DNA of 64,000 bases. It comes from a virus. Shown here piece after piece: positions 19,272 to 26,800 of the stretch. The translations under genes were made by a program, and so were the position numbers. The stretch is from positions 14,926-78,925 of IMG/VR virus record IMGVR_UViG_3300044832_000053; one strand, 5' to 3'. The notes beneath the pieces are model-generated. The model ran no database searches, was not told the origin of the DNA, and saw only the letters and a list, made by a program, of their open reading frames with translations. The first letter of the stretch is position 1. Each line of letters starts with the position of its first letter.

Positions 19272-20183
19272 TCACACCCCCGAGAGCAGGCAGATGGACA
19301 GCGGCTGGTCCAGGCCGATGGCGCTGGCCCGCTGCGTGTCGGAGCGGAAGGTCTTCTTGGGCTCGTCGCGGTACAGCGGGCCCGCCATGAACGGCAGCTC
19401 GTCGGCGTAAAAGCCGCAGCGCTTGCGCTGCATGATGATCGCGTTGCCCGCCGGGAGCTGGCGGGAGACCATCACGTCCAGGTTGAAGATCTTGTTCGGC
19501 AGGACCCCGGTGTACTGGAGGTTCTCCGACGCGATGTCACCGATGTACGGCGCGGCGAACGTGCTGCTCTGGAGCAGGGTGTTCTTCGTGCCGTGGTTGA
19601 TGATCAGCGTGTCGGCCTCGAAGCCCAGCCACTGCGTGATACCCAGCGGGCTCACGATATTGGCGTTCTCCACGAGGAAAACGCCTTGTGCCAGGTCGGC
19701 CCGGATGGTAGCGGCGGCGCTGGCCCAGGCGTTGGCCACCGAGAGGGTCTGGATCGAGGCGTTCGCGATCACCGCCGAGAAGAAGGCGGTGTTCCACGAG
19801 TAGACCATCGTGTTCTTGACCTGGAGCAACTGCCGGGTCACGGGGTCGATGGACTGCCTGCGGCGCATCTCGTCGGAGACCATGATCGCCATGGCCCGCT
19901 CATGGGTGAACACCACCCGGGGGATGCCGAGGCTGGTCGGCACGACGGGGACCTCACCGAACTCGGGACGGATCTCGGGGAAGTCGTCCGCGTACAGAGG
20001 CGTGCTCTCGCTGTAGCGCACGGCACCGCTGGTCGCGGCCCCGCCATCGCGCAGCACCGAGTCCACGATGAACTCGTTCTCCGTCATGTCGAGGATCAGC
20101 GCCGGGATGACCAGCGGGTCCTTGAGCAGCTCGCTGACAGTGATCCGTGGGGAATCACTGACGCTGGTTGCCGTGGTGGGCAT
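19272..20183 (-). CDS. Major capsid protein
   Basis: 303 aa, EIRPEFGEVP, ADTLIIN and C-terminal DQPLSICLLSGV typical of HK97-fold capsids; position. Confidence 0.85.
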   Translation of the reverse strand: MPTTATSVSDSPRITVSELLKDPLVIPALILDMTENEFIVDSVLRDGGAATSGAVRYSESTPLYADDFPEIRPEFGEVPVVPTSLGIPRVVFTHERAMAIMVSDEMRRRQSIDPVTRQLLQVKNTMVYSWNTAFFSAVIANASIQTLSVANAWASAAATIRADLAQGVFLVENANIVSPLGITQWLGFEADTLIINHGTKNTLLQSSTFAAPYIGDIASENLQYTGVLPNKIFNLDVMVSRQLPAGNAIIMQRKRCGFYADELPFMAGPLYRDEPKKTFRSDTQRASAIGLDQPLSICLLSGV

Positions 20184-20196
20184 CGGTCACGTCCTC

Positions 20197-20688
20197 TCAG
20201 AAGATCCGCACTCGTGCGAGGCGGAAGGTAGCGCCACCGATCCCGCCGATCGCCTGGTTGAGCATGGCGGCGGACACGCCGCCGGGGTGCACGCAGCGTC
20301 CGACGACCTGGTCGAACGTGCCTGCGCCTACCACAACCAGGGTTCCGTTGGCCCCGGCTACCACGAGCGATCCCTGCGGGACGGCCCCGGAGTACCAGGC
20401 CCAGATGTCCACCCCGCCGAAGTAGACCGGCACGTAGTCCTGGAGGACCGAGATGTCGATCAGCGGCTGGCCGTAGGTGTTGGGTGCGCCGGTCTGCGCG
20501 GCGAGCACGTTGCCGTCGGCCCCGGCGATGCCGAGCGCGAACTTGGTGCCCGCTGCGGCTGGCTTGACCGTGAGGTCAGTGGTCGGGTTGGTGACGGTGG
20601 TGTACTCGACAAGCTGGCCGCCGAAGATCAGCGTGCTGACCTGCGCGTTCTGTGGTCCGGTCTTGTAGTGCGGAAGCGTTCCGGGCAT
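20197..20688 (-). CDS. Capsid decoration/cement protein
   Basis: VKPAAAG..LGIA, GSLVVAGANG..VVGRC pattern; directly upstream of capsid. Confidence 0.7.
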   Translation of the reverse strand: MPGTLPHYKTGPQNAQVSTLIFGGQLVEYTTVTNPTTDLTVKPAAAGTKFALGIAGADGNVLAAQTGAPNTYGQPLIDISVLQDYVPVYFGGVDIWAWYSGAVPQGSLVVAGANGTLVVVGAGTFDQVVGRCVHPGGVSAAMLNQAIGGIGGATFRLARVRIF

Positions 20689-20706
20689 GTCTGGCGTTCC
20701 TTCCTG

Positions 20707-20934
20707 TCAGCTTGAGTTCGAGACGGCGAACGCCAGGCCCTGCTGCTCGCGCAGCCCGCCCCCGTAGCCGGTGATAGACGGGTCACGCATGTTGCCCGAG
20801 CCGATCGCGGCGATGATCGCGGTGGCCGTCGCCCCGGAGCCGACGTCGATGATCGCCCCGGCCTTGAGCACCTCGGTCTTGCCACCCCAGGTGAACGAGG
20901 TGGTAGCGAGGATGACCCGCTTCTGGCTGGCCAT
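20707..20934 (-). CDS. Small virion-module protein (start MASQKRV)
   Basis: ATG 1 nt after protease stop; similar to 17915-18196. Confidence 0.6.
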   Translation of the reverse strand: MASQKRVILATTSFTWGGKTEVLKAGAIIDVGSGATATAIIAAIGSGNMRDPSITGYGGGLREQQGLAFAVSNSS

Positions 20935-20935
20935 C

Positions 20936-22153
20936 TCAGACGCCCGTCTGCTGGCGGTAGCGGGCCACCAGGGAGGCCCGGCCCTGGTGGGCGGCGGCGG
21001 CGTCCTCGCCAGGCTCGGCCCCGAGGGCGGACCCCAGCTCGTTGCCGAGGTCCAGCATCTTGGCCATCTTCCCGAACTCGGAGAAGATCTGGCGGACGAT
21101 CGCGCCCGCGTCCACCTCGGTGCCGTTGGACAGCTCCACGGTGCGCCCGGTGCCCTCCAGCAGCGGCCGGGCCAGGTCGCAGATGTAGGGCGCGATGCCG
21201 TAGGTGGCCATGAACCCGTGGCGCTCGGTCTCGTACCGCTGGGCGTCGAGCTGGTCGGTGACCGCACGGAGCTGGCGCTCGTTCTCCTCGCTCCGGGCGT
21301 TGGCCAGCTCGATGGCGAGCTGGGCGGACCCCGAGAGCTGGGCCCCGGCCCCGGCCTCCTGACCGGCGAGCAGCTCCGCGAGCTGCTCGTCAGACAGGGG
21401 ACCGCTGTCGGCCGGGCCGTCGAGGGCCTCGGCTGCGGCGATCAGCTCGGCCAGCTCCTCGTCGGTCAGCTCGGCGTCCGCCGCCGGGCCAGCCGTGGGA
21501 CCGGCCGGTGGCGTGGTGTCGAGGCTGGCGATGAGCTTATCCATCTTGTCGTCGGGAACGTCCAGGAGCCTGGCCAGCCGGGCCTGCTGCTCCGCGTTCA
21601 GCTCGGGCATCATGTCTCCTTCTGAATCGGGAGCGTCAAACGTGGCGTCGGAAAGGTCGATGACCGGGAGGTCATCGTTGGCAAGGTCCACCTGCTGCCA
21701 CGGCCCGAGGCCAGGCAGGCGGGGGTCGAGGGTGCCGAGGACGTGCTGGATGGCGGCCGGGAAGAACTGGCCGTCGGCGCGCTGGTAGTCCTCCACGATC
21801 CGGGCACTCACGCCCAGCCGTGGGTTGTCCTTGAGGATCTTGGAGCCCTCGTCCGTGGTGGACAGGGTGAGCCAGAGCCCGTCGGGCTCGGCGGTCATGG
21901 CGGCTACTTCCCCGCCGAAATTGCGGACATCGTTATTGTGCTTGTTGTCCGCCGACGCGAGCTGGAAGGGCACCTGGCCATAGGCCCGCTGGTGGAATGT
22001 CTCAGCCAGCCCGGCCAGGTAGTCCGCCGTGAAGTCGATCTTGCGGCCCTTGTAGTCGATGGAGCCCACCGGCAGCACCCGCTTGCGCCAGAAGCGCGGC
22101 CCGGCGACCCTGGCCGGGGAGCGGGTGTACGGCGTGAGGACGGCGGCTGTCAC
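20936..22153 (-). CDS. Prohead protease/scaffold (Mu gpI-like)
   Basis: N-terminal protease-like domain (H in NKHN, GVSA, HVLGTLDPRLPGL) plus acidic helical scaffold C-terminus. Confidence 0.8.
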   Translation of the reverse strand: MTAAVLTPYTRSPARVAGPRFWRKRVLPVGSIDYKGRKIDFTADYLAGLAETFHQRAYGQVPFQLASADNKHNNDVRNFGGEVAAMTAEPDGLWLTLSTTDEGSKILKDNPRLGVSARIVEDYQRADGQFFPAAIQHVLGTLDPRLPGLGPWQQVDLANDDLPVIDLSDATFDAPDSEGDMMPELNAEQQARLARLLDVPDDKMDKLIASLDTTPPAGPTAGPAADAELTDEELAELIAAAEALDGPADSGPLSDEQLAELLAGQEAGAGAQLSGSAQLAIELANARSEENERQLRAVTDQLDAQRYETERHGFMATYGIAPYICDLARPLLEGTGRTVELSNGTEVDAGAIVRQIFSEFGKMAKMLDLGNELGSALGAEPGEDAAAAHQGRASLVARYRQQTGV

Positions 22154-22785
22154 GAGCTGCCCCCGAAGCTCTGGGCCCGGCGGGCGAACGCCAGCGCGCG
22201 GGCGGCGGGCATCTTCTTGATCAGCTTCTTGTAGATGGCCACGCCCTTGGGATTCAGCCCGGCCACGGACCCGCCGGAGTCCGAGCTGCCCGAGTCGTCG
22301 CTGCCGGAGTCGGTGGTGCGCGGCCCGTCCGAGGATGAGTTCGCCGCCGTGGCCAGGGCGATGGCCCGGTGCTGGCCATTGGAGAAGGTCTGCACGGCCG
22401 GGATGCCGAACTGCCCCATCAGGGGGGTCTGGACCGCCCGGGGCTGCACCTCGCTCGGCGGGCGGCTCACCTCCTGGTTGTGCGTCCCGATCAGCTCATA
22501 CAGCGCGGCCCGCTGCTGGGTATGCGGGCTCAGCACCCGCTCCCCGAGCTTGCCCGCGTACCTGCCGTCCGCGAGCTTGATCATCTCCCCGATCTTCTGG
22601 CCAGCCCGGCGGTGCACCACGATGGCCCGGCCATCAGCACCCCGGGTCACGTGCAGGTCGAACGGGGAGGTCACCTTGGTCCGTCCCGGCTGGGACCTGG
22701 CCCGCTGCCCGGCAGTCATCGAGCGGACAATCGCCGCCCTGCTGGCACTATCCACGACAGAGCCTCCGTTATCCGGCTGGTTCAT
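22150..22785 (-). CDS. Hypothetical head-module protein
   Basis: Overlaps both neighbours by 4 nt; basic C-terminal helix pair. Confidence 0.6.
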   Translation of the reverse strand: MNQPDNGGSVVDSASRAAIVRSMTAGQRARSQPGRTKVTSPFDLHVTRGADGRAIVVHRRAGQKIGEMIKLADGRYAGKLGERVLSPHTQQRAALYELIGTHNQEVSRPPSEVQPRAVQTPLMGQFGIPAVQTFSNGQHRAIALATAANSSSDGPRTTDSGSDDSGSSDSGGSVAGLNPKGVAIYKKLIKKMPAARALAFARRAQSFGGSS

Positions 22786-22943
22786 TCGCCCTCCCCGGCC
22801 ACGGCCCGCCTGACCAGGTCATCGGCCATCTTGGCGGCCAGGTCAGTGGCCATTCCCTTGCTGATGAGCAGTTTCCCCAGGATCTCGGTCGCCCTGGCCT
22901 GCTGGTCGTCCGTGGCGTCTGCGGCCCGGGGCAGGGGAGCCAT
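22782..22943 (-). CDS. Small helical protein (53 aa, not in track)
   Basis: MAPLPRAADATDDQQARATEILGKLLISKGM...; overlaps both neighbours. Confidence 0.55.
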   Translation of the reverse strand: MAPLPRAADATDDQQARATEILGKLLISKGMATDLAAKMADDLVRRAVAGEGE

Positions 22944-23500
22944 CACAGCTTCTTCGCGGCGTCGGTGAGTTCCATGATCACTAGCGGGCCGAACGAGGCA
23001 CCCAGGCCCAGCAGGAGCGGAGCGCCGAACGTGGTGGCCAGGGCAACCAGGATCGCGGCGGCCACGATGGTCCCGATGTGGACAGCGAGCTTGATCCGGG
23101 CCTTCCTGGCTTCCTTCTCGGCAGCCAGCCTCTCCAGCTTCTGCTTGTCCATCTCGATCGCAGCGAGCTTTTTCGCCACGTCTGAGGCATGTGCCTCGCG
23201 GGCGGCTTCCTCGGCCCTGACTTCCTTGAGGACGGGGGCCTGCATGGCCGTGATGGCTATCAGGGACTGGAGCTGTGCCGCTCCCTGGGCCCTGGCAGCC
23301 TGGCTGGCCATGGCAGCGCGCGGGGTTGAGCCGCCCTTGATCCAGCGGCCGTGTGAATCCCGCAGCTCCAGTTCCATCTGGGCCAGCTCAATGGCTTCCC
23401 GCTCTGTCTCAAGAACGTCAACAGCCATGAGAAACGGGAGGCCAGCGGCGGTGAGGGTGCGGAAATCACGGAGCTGTCGCTGCGTGATCTGCGTGGGCAT
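22943..23500 (-). CDS. Head-module protein with IELA / RDSHGRW motif, coiled coil and C-terminal hydrophobic hairpin
   Basis: Translation shows AIELAQMELELRDSHGRW, then coiled coil and two hydrophobic segments. Confidence 0.65.
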   Translation of the reverse strand: MPTQITQRQLRDFRTLTAAGLPFLMAVDVLETEREAIELAQMELELRDSHGRWIKGGSTPRAAMASQAARAQGAAQLQSLIAITAMQAPVLKEVRAEEAAREAHASDVAKKLAAIEMDKQKLERLAAEKEARKARIKLAVHIGTIVAAAILVALATTFGAPLLLGLGASFGPLVIMELTDAAKKL

Positions 23501-23539
23501 CAGTGGTGACCCTCTCACTTGATCACTGATGCTACGCGC

Positions 23540-23812
23540 CTAGCCTGCTGTATGCATGCCCACAGAAGCGGCAGTAGCCAGGACACGGTACTGATCTGCC
23601 GTGATCCGGCCCGCGTTGAATGCCAGCTCGACCTCGTACCATGATCCTTCACCGGGCCACGGGCGTCCAGTCAGATCGCTGGCAATTGTCTCGTGATACC
23701 CGGCCGCCGGGGTGGTCTTTTCCCAGCTCAGGTGCGCGAATTTCACCGCTGCCTCAGCCAGGTCCATGTTCCCCGAGGTCAGGGCATCAAGGATGTCCCT
23801 CACATTGCCCAT
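23540..23812 (-). CDS. Small protein overlapping the end of the polyprotein gene (candidate zeta-toxin immunity)
   Basis: 90 aa, starts within last codons of the 1751-aa ORF; function inferred from position only. Confidence 0.5.
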   Translation of the reverse strand: MGNVRDILDALTSGNMDLAEAAVKFAHLSWEKTTPAAGYHETIASDLTGRPWPGEGSWYEVELAFNAGRITADQYRVLATAASVGMHTAG

Positions 23813-26800
23813 GAGAACTCCAGGCCCTGGCCGGAGCTGGACACGAGCTGCGGCTCGCGGCCGGTCACGGAGTTGTCGAACTTGTCCCAGGAGTCGAACA
23901 ATGGCAGGGCCATGGCGAATGTCATCTCGTTCACCGAGATCTCCGGGTCTGAGGTTCCCCAGATCTTCACGATGTCCGCCGGGGGGACATGCCGCCCGCC
24001 GAGCCCCTTGCCCGCCAGCCAGCTCTCCAGCCCCGCGCGGTAGCGGGCCAGCGCCCGGTCGATCGAGACCTGGAGCGGGACGTCAACATAGACGCCGTGC
24101 ACATGCCCGTAGCCAGCCGACCGCAGCCGGGCGATGTGCCCGGCCATGTCATCGGCCGGGAGCATGGTCAGGTCCACGATGATGTTCTTGCGCATCGCCA
24201 TCGAGCGGTCCAGCGCCATCTGGGCCAGGTGATGTGCCTCGTCGCTCACCAGCGGGCTGGCTTCCATGGGTGACAGGTTCCCGACGTGGGGCACCAGCCC
24301 GCGCTTGGCCAGCTCGGCCTTGAAATCATCCGGGGCGATGGGCAGGTAGTCGTCCATGTTCATGCCGGGCAGCTTGCCCAGTGCGGTGGTCTTGCCCGCG
24401 CCTGGCAGGCCGCCGCCGAAGATCGCCCGGCCCCCGTTGGGCACTGCGGCCGAGCGCGCCATGACCGCGTCGATGATCTCCTTGTGGATCGCGGCGCGCT
24501 CGGGGGTGTAGATCTGCCCGTCCCCGCTCACGGACTGGGTAACCGCCGTGTTCTGCCCGGCCGCGAAGGCGTCAGTCAGGGTCTGCTCCACTACGTGCTG
24601 CCGTCCCGTGAACTCGGCGTCCGTCAGCGGCCGGGCTGCCTGGCCGCTGATCCCGTGCGCGACCGTGGGTGATTCCTCGTAGTCGAGGTTGTCGTCTTCC
24701 TCGTCCCAGCGGTGGGTGTAGGCGGACGGCGTGATGTACGGGCCAGCGGAGATCAGGCCCTTGTCCCCGGCCGGGGGCGGCCCGGCCTTGACCGGCTTCC
24801 AGCCGTGCGTGTAGACGAAGGGCGTGCCCGGGATGTGACGGCCATGGCCGTCGCCGGTCAGGTCTAGCTGGGCGCTGACCGTGGCAGTGCCGCGACCGAG
24901 TCCGCCAGGGCCCGTGCGATCTCCAGCCGCCTGGCCTCCGGCAGCTCGCGATAGCTGGACGGGACCGGCCCCGCCACCACCTTGGGCGTGGGCTCCGCTG
25001 GCTGCTCCACCGCTACCTCCTGCCTGGATCTCCCGGCCGCCGGTCACGTCCCAGATAGCCGCCTGGCCGCGCTTCCTGCCCTCCGCGAGCGCCTGCTCCC
25101 GGCTGGCAATGTTGTCGCTCGGCTCCAGCCAGAGCTTACCGTCGTGCACCCATCCGCCCAGGTAGGTGTCTTTCCCGGCGAACGCCTGGTGCTCGCTCAT
25201 GATCATGCCGTCAATGGCACGGGCCAGCTTCTCCCGGTCATCGAGGATCTCAGCCGGGAAGGTGTGCGTGTGCCCGGCCTGGGCAACCATGAACCCGCTG
25301 GCTGGCTTGCCGCCGGTCCGCATGCTGACCGAGAATCCTCCCCGGTTCTGCGCGGCCGAGGCTGCCTTGCTGCGGATGGTGAACGGGCCGGGCCGGGGCG
25401 GCCCGGGTGAGGGGCGGAACATGCCCGCGATGGCCTGCTGCATCCGGGGGGGTTCCCCGCTGGGCAGGTTCACCCAGCGGCCCCGGAAGTCACGGGGCTC
25501 GTGAGCACTGAACGCCAGGTCGATGCCCGCTGCCTGGCCGCTCAGTGTGGTAGTCCCCGGGACCACCGGAACGTGATGGGCAGCGGCGAACTTCTTCCAG
25601 ATCCCCCAGTCCCGGGCGGTGTTGGCGGTGCGCCCGCGCTCCCGGGCCGTGACCGCTGCCGCGTCGGCCGCCTGGTTGGCGGCCTGCTGGTGCAGCCAGG
25701 TGATCGCCTGGAGCTGGGATGGGGTGACCAGGTGACCCTGCCGGGACAGCTCCGCAGCCGCCAGCCGGTAGGTGTCCGCGACGTGCTCGTAGTAGCGCTT
25801 GTCCCCGATGGGCGAGGCGTCGATCTCCTCCGTGGTCACCCGGTGCCCGGCCGCGACGGACAGGGCGTGCCGGTCAATGACCACCTGGCCGAGCCGGTCG
25901 GAGGATGCGTCCCCGCCGTGAGCGATCAGCTTCGCGAACGCCCGGGTCTTGGGGGACTTGAGGGCGTCGATACTGCCGGTGTCCATGGCCCGCTGCGCGG
26001 CCCGCTGCTCGGGGCGGCTGATGAAGCCCTCACCGGGGCCCAGGGCGCGGCCCAGCTCCAGCGAGCGGGCCGCGTTGAACAGGTTCTCCGGCCAGTTCAC
26101 CTGCGGGGAGAACGCGGCCAGCACCGCCGCGCCCTTCTCCGCATCCCCGCCCGCGATGGACCGGGCCACCATCTGTGCGTCGGCGTACCAGCGCATCCCC
26201 TGGGCCTTCTCAGCCGGGGCAGCCGCGCTGTAGGCGGCAACGATGTTCGCCGGGCTGACCGGCACCGACTTGAAGAACGGGTGATCCGCCGGGCTCACGA
26301 TGGAGCTGCGCGGGTTGGCCAGCCGGGAGGGGTCCGGGGCCGCGTACTCATGGCCGCTCACGCTCCACCGGCCATGAGGGTCCCGCAGCTCGGCGGGGTT
26401 GTAGTGCCAGCCGCCCGCCAGGTCAACGCTGAACTCCCGGAACTGGCCCAGCGCCACCCGGTCCGCGTGCGTGTATCCCTTCACCGGCTTGTAGGAGTGG
26501 ATGAACTCCGGGGGCAGCGGCTTGCGGATCGCCCGGTATCCCATGTGGCTGGTGCTGGGATACAGGAACTCAGCTTCCCTGGCCTTGGGCACCCGGATGT
26601 CGATCAGCATGCCCGGCTTAGACGGCCATTCAAGATCATCGTGCCGCTCGTACGCGACGATCTGCGACTCGTTGCTGTCTGGGGACAGCACTGGGTCGTA
26701 CCCGTCATACCCGGCTGCGTGCAGGCCCTGGTCCCGGATCGACCGGGCGGCCTCCGGCGTGGTGCCGTGGAAGAACTGGGTGTAGCTGGACGGGTCAGCC

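Noticed and set aside
23788-23798. AAGGATGTCC as another copy of the box
   Set aside because: Partial match inside a coding region, likely chance
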